DNA of 64,000 nt, taken from IMG/VR virus record IMGVR_UViG_3300044614_001341, positions 32,001 to 96,000 of that record; one strand, 5' to 3'. Each line of letters opens with the position of its first letter. Position 1 is the stretch's first letter. The position numbers and the translations under genes were made by a program. A model generated the notes under the pieces. It saw only the letters and a list, made by a program, of their open reading frames with translations, did no database searches and was not told where the DNA came from. Below are positions 55,937 through 64,000 of the stretch, piece after piece. This stretch comes from a virus.

Positions 55937-56464
55937 TTATTCGGAAACTAATTGAACAACTTCTGTGATACTAACGTTTGTTGTATTATCAAGAGCAAGG
56001 GCTGAAACCTTTACACTTCTAGATAAAGTGGCACCAGTTGCAGTAATTACGCCAACAACTGAGGATGTATTTGCAGCAATAGTAACTGATGCATTAGTTG
56101 TAGCAGTTATTAATCTATGAACTGTATTAATTCCTGCAGGTTGAGCATTTTCAATTGTTACATAATCACCAACTAAAAATGGATTTCCTGCATTATTATC
56201 AAAAGTAATTACGGTTGATGCTCCTGTAGTAATTCCTGCTATTTGTTGTTTTGCAATTCTCTCTTTTAAAACTTCATTTCCAAAAGGAGAAATCAGGAAA
56301 GAATTAACAGTAGCTACAGGTTCCCCACCAGTTTCCACATATACTGCAGTCGAAGCACAAGCAACACGAAGGTATCCACTTTTAAGTGCAATTGGATTGC
56401 TAGTAGCTGCTACAGATACTGTGGGAGAAATTCTATTTACGTTCTGAACAACTTTTATTGCCAT
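55937..56464 (-). CDS. hypothetical beta-rich protein in head cluster
   Basis: 175 aa, V/T/A-rich. Confidence 0.7.
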   Translation of the reverse strand: MAIKVVQNVNRISPTVSVAATSNPIALKSGYLRVACASTAVYVETGGEPVATVNSFLISPFGNEVLKERIAKQQIAGITTGASTVITFDNNAGNPFLVGDYVTIENAQPAGINTVHRLITATTNASVTIAANTSSVVGVITATGATLSRSVKVSALALDNTTNVSITEVVQLVSE

Positions 56465-56634
56465 TATTCTTCGTCTCCTCCTGATTGTTCATCATCACCA
56501 AAAATAAATGATGCTATTTCTGGACGAGCAGCATCAACTCTTTCAGCAGCTTTATTGTATAAAAGTTCTTTAATTTTGTCGGAAACAACCAATGGTGATC
56601 CATCAGTTGCAATCAAATCGATAAGTTCTTCCAT
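56464..56634 (-). CDS. small acidic prohead core-like protein (56 aa)
   Basis: manually translated MEELIDLIATDGSP...; position downstream of portal; late promoter upstream. Confidence 0.6.
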   Translation of the reverse strand: MEELIDLIATDGSPLVVSDKIKELLYNKAAERVDAARPEIASFIFGDDEQSGGDEE

Positions 56635-56662
56635 GAAAAACAGTTTATATTTATAAGATTAT

Positions 56663-58345
56663 TTATATCTTCCCACCTTTGGGTTCCGTAGGAACCTCTG
56701 GTGCGGGCGAGGCAGCAGGTTCCATTGGAGTTTCTCCAAGTGCTGGTTGTTCTCCTACTGCACCTTCTGGAGGAATTGGATTGCCCATTTCATCGACAGG
56801 TGCGTTGGGATCTGGAAGAATACCTTTTTCTATCTCATCTTCAATTTGAGTATCAATTTCAATAATCTCTGCATCAGTTTGGCGAAGAATTCTTTTTCTT
56901 ACATATTCGGTGGAGTAATATTTTCCAATATAAGGTTCCATTTGTGTCATTAAAGTTAATCGATTTGTTATAAGTTCAGCTTCCTTAAGTTCTGCAAAAT
57001 GATTATCATAGAGGAAATCATATTGGATATGATCTTCCATTTTTTCCCAATCTTCTGGAGATACAACATTCTTTAAAAGAAGTTGGGTGCGAAGCATATC
57101 ATTGAACATATTTGAGAAACGCTTTCTAAGTCTCCCTACAAACTTAGAAAACTTAAGTTCATCTCTTAGAATTTCGGATGAACGCCCAAGATTAAAACCA
57201 TCACCACCACCAGCAATTCTGGATTCTGGAACTCCAAGTGCCCTATAAAGTTTTTTCTGGAAATATTCAATATCTGCAAGTTCTCCAAGATTTTGACCAC
57301 CTGGAAGAGTTGTGATTTCAGTTCCTCTACCACCTTCTCTTCTTGGGAGCCAAAAATCTTCAAGCATTGACATATATTTACGGTCATCACGAATTTCTCC
57401 AGTATTTGCATCGTAAACAAGTTTGTTACGATAACGACTCATAACTTCTTTAAGATATTGCTCTGCTTTTACCTTAGGAAGATTGCCAACATCAATATAG
57501 AAAATCCTTCTTTCTGGAGCACGTGATAGTCTATAAATGACCAGACTATCTTCAATCATTCTCAATTGATTGAGTGCTTTAATTGCTTTGTGAAGATATG
57601 AAAGAACAGTTCCCTTATTTCTATCTACAAGTCCAGATGTACAATAAGTAATTGAATCTTTTGCAATTTTAAGAGATCCTTTAGAAGCACCACTTAAAGA
57701 ACCCATTGGATAATTTGGTGCTGGAGAATAAATGAAATACTCTTCAACATCTGAATAACTTAATTCAGAATTTGTGAGGTTTGCGTTTGCAGTTAAGGTG
57801 CTAACAATTGCTTCACCATTTTTCCCTTTCGTCCTAGTTTCTTGACGAACGTGCTTCATCTTCATTGGGTCAATATACCTGATTTCTTTTATTCCTTCCT
57901 CAGGTTTCTTGACATCAATAATCTTCAAGTAATATAATCTACCATCTACATACCAGTTTCTAAAAATTTCGTGACACTTCCTATCAAAGTCCATCATTTC
58001 TTTGATGGACTTAAACTCATCCCTAATTGCCTGCTTTAACTTATCACTAGCGTTTAAATTTGATAATTCAATTTCAACCGGAGAATCATAAAGATCACTT
58101 ACAATTGCTTCATTTACAACATCTTCAATCGCTGCATCACATTCTGGATGTAATGCCATTTCACGATAACGACGCATCAAATCAAATTCAGTTCTGTAGA
58201 CACCTTCAATATCTACATACTGACCATAAAAACCAGACTGAATATAATAATCAACCCCGTCCTCATCTGTTTGAGGTACGGGGGATACTATGGATTTTGA
58301 TTTATCTTCTTTATCCTCAATCGAAAAACCAAAAAGTTTCGCCAT
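56663..58345 (-). CDS. g20: portal protein (gp20)
   Basis: WYVDGR, RAPERRIFYIDVGNLP, EDFWLPRREGGRGTEI. Confidence 0.97.
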   Translation of the reverse strand: MAKLFGFSIEDKEDKSKSIVSPVPQTDEDGVDYYIQSGFYGQYVDIEGVYRTEFDLMRRYREMALHPECDAAIEDVVNEAIVSDLYDSPVEIELSNLNASDKLKQAIRDEFKSIKEMMDFDRKCHEIFRNWYVDGRLYYLKIIDVKKPEEGIKEIRYIDPMKMKHVRQETRTKGKNGEAIVSTLTANANLTNSELSYSDVEEYFIYSPAPNYPMGSLSGASKGSLKIAKDSITYCTSGLVDRNKGTVLSYLHKAIKALNQLRMIEDSLVIYRLSRAPERRIFYIDVGNLPKVKAEQYLKEVMSRYRNKLVYDANTGEIRDDRKYMSMLEDFWLPRREGGRGTEITTLPGGQNLGELADIEYFQKKLYRALGVPESRIAGGGDGFNLGRSSEILRDELKFSKFVGRLRKRFSNMFNDMLRTQLLLKNVVSPEDWEKMEDHIQYDFLYDNHFAELKEAELITNRLTLMTQMEPYIGKYYSTEYVRKRILRQTDAEIIEIDTQIEDEIEKGILPDPNAPVDEMGNPIPPEGAVGEQPALGETPMEPAASPAPEVPTEPKGGKI

Positions 58346-58373
58346 CTTATAAACTTTAACTGTTGTTTACTAT

Positions 58374-58964
58374 TTAGTTGATGTTGGCGCCACCAGCAGC
58401 AGGAGAAGATCCCTTGATAGCCTCCCACCAGAGAACTTGTAGTTCAACTGTAAACTCTTGAATTGAGTCGGTGCCATAGTCAAGAGGAATGCTGCTGATA
58501 CTAGTTGGGAACAAATCATACATGTGATAGGATCTTAAAATAGATCCATCACGATTAAGTTGATGAACAAATGCATCTGCTTGATAAAGTGCAGGATCAG
58601 TTGTACCAGTATTATCAGAAAGACGGTTGATATAATTCATCCACTGTTCAAAAGCAGAGCGAATTGCAAAGTCAGTGTCGTTGATAACGGTAATTGTCCA
58701 CGATTCGAATGAACGATCACCTGCTACTTTTAAAGTTCTTCCTCTAAAAGAAACTTCAAGAGAAGTAACATTTGATGATGGAATTGCAGCTGCCTTTACA
58801 AGAAATCTTGATTTGTCCAAAACTACATTATCAACTCCAACTGCAGCAGGGAATGCTAACTCAACTTCAAAGAGGTTACTTCTAGTACCGCCACCAGTAA
58901 GCTTACTCTTGAAATCTGTAATCTTCCTTAAAGGAATATTATTAATTTGATTTCTAGTTGCCAT
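58374..58964 (-). CDS. g19: tail tube protein (gp19)
   Basis: GGGTRSNLFEV, FRGR.LKVAGDR.FE.W. Confidence 0.95.
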   Translation of the reverse strand: MATRNQINNIPLRKITDFKSKLTGGGTRSNLFEVELAFPAAVGVDNVVLDKSRFLVKAAAIPSSNVTSLEVSFRGRTLKVAGDRSFESWTITVINDTDFAIRSAFEQWMNYINRLSDNTGTTDPALYQADAFVHQLNRDGSILRSYHMYDLFPTSISSIPLDYGTDSIQEFTVELQVLWWEAIKGSSPAAGGANIN

Positions 58965-58984
58965 TGTTGTTAACCTCTGTTAGA

Positions 58985-61135
58985 TTAGAAATTGCCGATT
59001 ACTTCTTCAAACGAAACACCAGTCTTAGTGGCGATGAAAGTAAGACCAATGAAGTTAATTGATCTTGCTGGTTTGATATAAACATCTGCTACAAATTCAT
59101 TGTTATCAATTACTGCAGCAGTGTTATTTGTTTCATCACAAATAACAACATAATCAGAGATTCCTCTCTTTGCCTGAACATCACGGAGGAAAGGTTCAAT
59201 TGTATTTACAAAGTTTGTTCTTGTAATCTCATCATTAAATTCGAAGAGTTGATCTTTAGCAGCCTGAGAAATTGCATCTTCAACATAAACAAATAGTCTA
59301 CGAACATTGATGCGATCAAATGCAGATGCCTTTGCAAGTCCAGTTCTATCACCAAACAGAATAATTCCTGCACCAGGTGAGAAGATAACTGGATTAATTC
59401 TACTAGTATAAAGACGATCTCTTTGAGATTTGGATGGGTTATACGCCAGTTTCACTGCGTTTAAAATCGCACCTCTAGAAGTTCCAGCGGGCGAGTACCA
59501 AGGGAAATTGTTAATATCATTACGGGCACATAGACCAGCAATATCACCATTTAGAGGAACATATCTAAAGGTGTTCGCAAATCTATCGTACATGTACTTA
59601 TAACCACTATCAAATACTGCATAAGATGATGATGTAATAGGTGCATAGAAAGATAAAACATTAGTCGTAATATCTTCTGCTGAATTGATAGTAACTGCAG
59701 TTTGTGATGAAGTATCCGTTAAAGCAGCACCTCTATATGGTGAAATGAATGCAATTGCATCTTTTCTCAGTTCTGCAACAGAGATTAGTTTATTAGCAAG
59801 AGCCTGTGCAGTCTCTTTACTATAACCTGCAGATCCCATTAATAAGAAGTCAACTTTAAAGTTATCGGTATTTTCAAATAAATCATATCCAGAAGAAAGA
59901 TTACCTAAAGATACGCTGAGTGAACCAGATGTTGTTACATCAGAAGCACCACCATAATCTTTACCGCCACCTAATGTATTGGTTGAAGAACCTGCAGCAG
60001 CAAAAGTAATATTAGATGCTTCTTGATCCCAAGCAACATCACTCGAAAGTGTATATCCAGAACTGAATCCAGTAGTTACAACTCCAACAGGCGATCCACC
60101 TGCAAAAATGTAATCTGAATTGGTTGCAATGTACTTTCTCCAGTAAGATGGTGAACCTACTGAGAATTCTGCATCTGTTGCTTTTGAAAGACCTAGGTGC
60201 TTTTCAAGAATCGTTCCAGCGTTACCTGTAACCTTTCCAAGAGAGTCAATAACTACAACGTGAACCTCATCAAATCTTGAGTTTCTGGCAGCAGCGTATG
60301 CGGTTGTAGATGGTCTAGGTGCAATATTATTCCAATTGATGGTTGAACTGGTTGTAATACCAATTGTCTGCTGATCGAACCAATCTGCTTGTGATGAAAC
60401 TGATGTAGTAGCAACACCAACACCACTTGCATTTACAACAGTTACATTACCTGCTGTCCCAAATGTATAAACACCACTTGGTTGATAATCAACTATTGTT
60501 TCTGTACCAGCAACAGATACTTGACTTAAAACTTTTACACTAAGTTTTCCAACACCAATTTCTGTAATGATTCCTTTTAAGTAACCATTTAAAACGGAAG
60601 TTGAACCTGCTCCTGGAAGAACAGAAGAAATTGCTTGAGTTACCCCATACCCAAGAACAGCGCCAGTAGTTGTGACACCAAGAATTTGATCTGCCTTGGC
60701 ATCGATAATGGCAACATTGATACCATTACCCCAAGAACCTGGGTTTTTGGCGGTAACTACAACATTACTAATTGTGTTCTCGTCATATCCTAAAGCTTCA
60801 TAATGCTCCAAACTCTTGATCTTGACGCTAGATGCAGTTCCTACAAAAGCATTTTTGATTTCATCATCATCTGCTCTAACAACTCTTAAAGATCCACCAT
60901 AAGCAAGGTATGATGATGCTGTTAACCAATGCTCATAGTGCTTATCTGCATTATATGGTTGTCCAAAAACATTAAGTAAATCGTTCTCATTTTCTACTAA
61001 AGTGGGAGAATCTACAGGTCCTTGAGCGAAAGGTGCAACAATGGCACCAATCTTATCCGATGAAGGAGTAGCTCTTCCAAGTGTTAAATCAACTTCCCTT
61101 ACTACAATTCCAGGAGATGCTAAATTTAGCGGCAT
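58985..61135 (-). CDS. g18: tail sheath protein (gp18)
   Basis: SPGIVVREVD, PWYSPAG, FDRINVRRLF, IKPARSINFI. Confidence 0.97.
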   Translation of the reverse strand: MPLNLASPGIVVREVDLTLGRATPSSDKIGAIVAPFAQGPVDSPTLVENENDLLNVFGQPYNADKHYEHWLTASSYLAYGGSLRVVRADDDEIKNAFVGTASSVKIKSLEHYEALGYDENTISNVVVTAKNPGSWGNGINVAIIDAKADQILGVTTTGAVLGYGVTQAISSVLPGAGSTSVLNGYLKGIITEIGVGKLSVKVLSQVSVAGTETIVDYQPSGVYTFGTAGNVTVVNASGVGVATTSVSSQADWFDQQTIGITTSSTINWNNIAPRPSTTAYAAARNSRFDEVHVVVIDSLGKVTGNAGTILEKHLGLSKATDAEFSVGSPSYWRKYIATNSDYIFAGGSPVGVVTTGFSSGYTLSSDVAWDQEASNITFAAAGSSTNTLGGGKDYGGASDVTTSGSLSVSLGNLSSGYDLFENTDNFKVDFLLMGSAGYSKETAQALANKLISVAELRKDAIAFISPYRGAALTDTSSQTAVTINSAEDITTNVLSFYAPITSSSYAVFDSGYKYMYDRFANTFRYVPLNGDIAGLCARNDINNFPWYSPAGTSRGAILNAVKLAYNPSKSQRDRLYTSRINPVIFSPGAGIILFGDRTGLAKASAFDRINVRRLFVYVEDAISQAAKDQLFEFNDEITRTNFVNTIEPFLRDVQAKRGISDYVVICDETNNTAAVIDNNEFVADVYIKPARSINFIGLTFIATKTGVSFEEVIGNF

Positions 61136-61217
61136 CTTTATTCTCCGTGCTAACCAGAATTATCTAAAAGTATTTATTAAAATGGTTCTTTTAATTGGGG
61201 AAACGGTGCATGAATGT

Positions 61218-61445
61218 CTACCAATCAGGATATTTCCATTCTGTAGAGTAAATATCTTTTTTTCTATATTCTTCAACTCTTTTTATGGTGCATTCTTTGC
61301 ACTCATATGCATATGATGAAAGAAGTGTATTATTCTTTCTTATTTTATAGAAACCATCTATTAGATTTTTTTTCATTCCACAAACTCTACATTTTCTTTC
61401 TGTAAAAAGTAAATGTTCTACTTCAAACTGTTCCTCCAAATCCAT
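61218..61445 (-). CDS. small Zn-finger hypothetical protein
   Basis: CRVC...YECKEC; TAATG coupling to g17. Confidence 0.65.
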   Translation of the reverse strand: MDLEEQFEVEHLLFTERKCRVCGMKKNLIDGFYKIRKNNTLLSSYAYECKECTIKRVEEYRKKDIYSTEWKYPDW

Positions 61446-63145
61446 TAGCGATATTCCCACATATAGGATCTGTCGCCATATTCATCCACGTTCCAAACTT
61501 CAGTTGATTGCATACCATTATCCTTTGTTGCAAGCAACCACCTATCTCCAGTTGATTCTTCAATAAACGTTTCCATGTCGTCTAAACCATCTGATATGAA
61601 ACCAAAAGGTGCCATATCTTGTTCAATCTGATTCTTTTGTTCTTCATAAATTCTTTTACGAACATCATTGTCCGTCATTTCTTTGAAATAATCTTGAGCA
61701 ACTAACCAAGAGAAAATAACTAAGCACATTGCTAAGTCATCATTACAACCTTCCTCTGCTTCAAAAGAATTATGCTTTTGTGCAAATGTTGTCAATTCGG
61801 AAATAATATCGTAGTCAACAGTAAGTAACTTATCATCCTCTAATAGAGTTTTTAAGTTAGAACAACCAAGTTTTTTAACGGCGGCAGTAGTTCTTACCCC
61901 AAGTTGAGATTTTTTACCACTAAAACCTGAACCAACAATTTGACCAGCACGACCTCTCATCGCACACATTAAAACATTATCATACTCAAGATCAAAATGT
62001 AGAATACTTGCTACTTGGTCTCCAATATCATTAACTTCGATTAATAACCAAGCATCATTGTAACCCTTTGCAACTTCATGAATAATGCTTGGGAATAGCA
62101 TTGGTTTAATTTCATTATTTCTATATTTTGCTACAACTTTATATGGAAAGTTCGTAATGTCAAAGACAATGAATGCCGAGTAATCGTTTCCGAGACCACG
62201 TGCTACGTCAACTGTAATTAGATAGTTATGTTCTTCTTTTGGGTGAACATAAACATCCAATCCAGCATTTCTTTTAATTGGATCCTCATATACAAGATTT
62301 CTAAGTTTTGATGGATTAATGAGTGTATTTGTAGAACCCAAAAATTCACATTCAAACTCAACCTTAAACTGTTGCTCACTAGTGTTAGCAATCGTCTGCT
62401 CCTTCCAGGCAGCGTCTCTACCAGGCACTTCGGACCAATGAACATCTGTAGGCACATATTCGTTCTTGCCCCTCTCAGCGTCATGCCACATGCGGTAGAA
62501 GTGATTCATACCGCGAGGTGTAGAAACAATAATTACCTTTGTGCTTTGACCAGAAGAAATAGTAGGATAAACAGAGGCAAAGAAGTCATCAGCAATGTGA
62601 TTTGGGATGAATGCGAATTCGTCCAAAAAGATGACATTATAGGATCCGCCTCTGACAGCAGATGAAGAAGTAGAGTTTGATGAAATTTTTGATCCATTTT
62701 CTAATTCGAGTGATCCTTTGTTCCAAGATATAATGCCCTGTTGCATCCACTTGGGTAGGTTCTCATAGGCGAGTTGTAATCTCCCAAGCAGATCTCTTGC
62801 AGTGGATGCTTTGTTCGCTAAGATGGCAATATTGACATTATCGTTAAACACAGCGTAGTGGAGCAGGTAGGATACGCAGGTGGTTGATTTACCAGTCTGT
62901 CGTGGCATCTTACAAATGTTAAATCTATTCTCGTGGAAGTTTTTTACAAGTTTCTCTTGAAATGGATACATCTCAAAAGGAACAAGACCGTGATCCAGAG
63001 AAACGATCTTAATATAGTTCTTTGCAAAATATACAGGATCTTCTTTACACTTCAAGAACTCTATAATTTGTTCTTCCGTAAATTGAATTTGTGTATTTGC
63101 TCTTTTTAGTAGAGGATTACCAAGATAGATGTCATTATTTGGCAT
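61445..63145 (-). CDS. g17: terminase large subunit (gp17)
   Basis: PRQTGKST, FLDEFAF, VSTPRG, DVARG, NDDLAM. Confidence 0.97.
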   Translation of the reverse strand: MPNNDIYLGNPLLKRANTQIQFTEEQIIEFLKCKEDPVYFAKNYIKIVSLDHGLVPFEMYPFQEKLVKNFHENRFNICKMPRQTGKSTTCVSYLLHYAVFNDNVNIAILANKASTARDLLGRLQLAYENLPKWMQQGIISWNKGSLELENGSKISSNSTSSSAVRGGSYNVIFLDEFAFIPNHIADDFFASVYPTISSGQSTKVIIVSTPRGMNHFYRMWHDAERGKNEYVPTDVHWSEVPGRDAAWKEQTIANTSEQQFKVEFECEFLGSTNTLINPSKLRNLVYEDPIKRNAGLDVYVHPKEEHNYLITVDVARGLGNDYSAFIVFDITNFPYKVVAKYRNNEIKPMLFPSIIHEVAKGYNDAWLLIEVNDIGDQVASILHFDLEYDNVLMCAMRGRAGQIVGSGFSGKKSQLGVRTTAAVKKLGCSNLKTLLEDDKLLTVDYDIISELTTFAQKHNSFEAEEGCNDDLAMCLVIFSWLVAQDYFKEMTDNDVRKRIYEEQKNQIEQDMAPFGFISDGLDDMETFIEESTGDRWLLATKDNGMQSTEVWNVDEYGDRSYMWEYR

Positions 63146-63150
63146 AAAAA

Positions 63151-64000
63151 TTACCTACTAATTTCTTCCCAGTCCATAGACCCGTGAATATCTGCACCAT
63201 TAGAATTGGAAGAAGCAACGAGAGAAAGTTCATAAGGTGTTCCAGTTAGTGCATCTCTTTCTAACTGAAACTTAAATAATGCCTCTTTAAGAATATCAAC
63301 TGGTGTTGAACCTTGATTAGACCCGTACAAATATCCAGATGCTAATATTCTTCCACCAGTATAAGTTCCACCATCAATTTTATATTCCACAGAACTATCA
63401 AGACCAGCATCATTCCAAGTTCCGCCATTAGATGTTCCACTTGCTCTTACTTGCCAGTTATAAGTTGCATTATTTGTAATACCAAGAATAGAAAGTGCAG
63501 TCATAATTACAATTGCATCCAATCTATTTGGCGTTGCTTTGAGACGAATTGATAAAACAGTATAATAAGTTCCTGCTGTTGTTAAATCAACTGGTGTTTG
63601 AATTGGTGTTCCTACTGCTTGTTGTAATCCACGAAGTTCATAACCACCTTCTGAAATTACAGTGGAACAAACTTGTTTCAGTGTGCTTGCACTCGTTGTA
63701 ATTCCAGTATTTGCAATCTCATATCTCAAAGGTAATGATGCTGTTGTGATATAAGTTGTATTGATAAGATTTGCGTGATGAAATGAATGGCAGTGAATGA
63801 ATTGACCGTCAATTACAAAACCAACTCTTACAGTTCCAACTCCCAACCACTCAATATCCATCCACATAATCTGTGCTTTGGAAATATCTAATGTGACACC
63901 AGATGGATTGAGATGCCCAGGTCCAAGCATCGTATCAACATTCCATTCGTGTTGAGATTTTCTAGTTTCTGTTAAAACTCCAGGAACATAAGTTCTTTCT
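63151..64000 (-). CDS. probable virion structural protein, 3' part (start outside window)
   Basis: frame open to window edge; EWLGVG.VR.GF, LPLRYEI, ICS.V.SEGG-like motifs. Confidence 0.7.
   Translation of the reverse strand, partial: ERTYVPGVLTETRKSQHEWNVDTMLGPGHLNPSGVTLDISKAQIMWMDIEWLGVGTVRVGFVIDGQFIHCHSFHHANLINTTYITTASLPLRYEIANTGITTSASTLKQVCSTVISEGGYELRGLQQAVGTPIQTPVDLTTAGTYYTVLSIRLKATPNRLDAIVIMTALSILGITNNATYNWQVRASGTSNGGTWNDAGLDSSVEYKIDGGTYTGGRILASGYLYGSNQGSTPVDILKEALFKFQLERDALTGTPYELSLVASSNSNGADIHGSMDWEEISR

Noticed and set aside
1-64000. CRISPR array, integrase, IS element, reverse transcriptase
   Set aside because: No regularly spaced direct repeats or corresponding protein motifs seen by eye

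Overview
This window is a 64-kb slice of a T4-like cyanomyophage genome (Kyanoviridae-like; the cyanobacterial porin suggests a Synechococcus/Cyanobium-type host). It is almost entirely coded on the minus strand. From right to left it carries the head/tail core (g17-g23, g3), recombination and late-transcription genes (uvsY, uvsW, g55, g47, g46), a cobT/cobS-like pair, the replication block (g45, g44, dam, g62, regA, hsp20, g43, uvsX, 2OG-Fe oxygenase, g41, mazG), primase and nrdA/nrdB. A lysis-related region follows, then an accessory region with 8 tRNAs, a cyanobacterial SLH/OprB porin and a Dps gene. Two more tRNAs lie at about 24.4-25.1 kb. Six free-standing homing-endonuclease-type genes are present, most with a hairpin enclosing a late promoter. 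The most unusual items are: (1) the only plus-strand operon, four exported or membrane proteins including two paralogues and a half-TolC-like protein, next to the lysis genes; (2) several structured RNAs between tRNAs, one with a 5' end complementary to the ribosome-binding site of a holin-like gene 16 kb away; (3) Pho-box-like repeats on the porin promoter; (4) a private N-terminal domain shared by a lysozyme and a C39-like peptidase; (5) capsid-targeting-like N-termini on an RlpA-like protein and the cytidylyltransferase. All calls come from reading the sequence and recalling motifs; no database searches were run.
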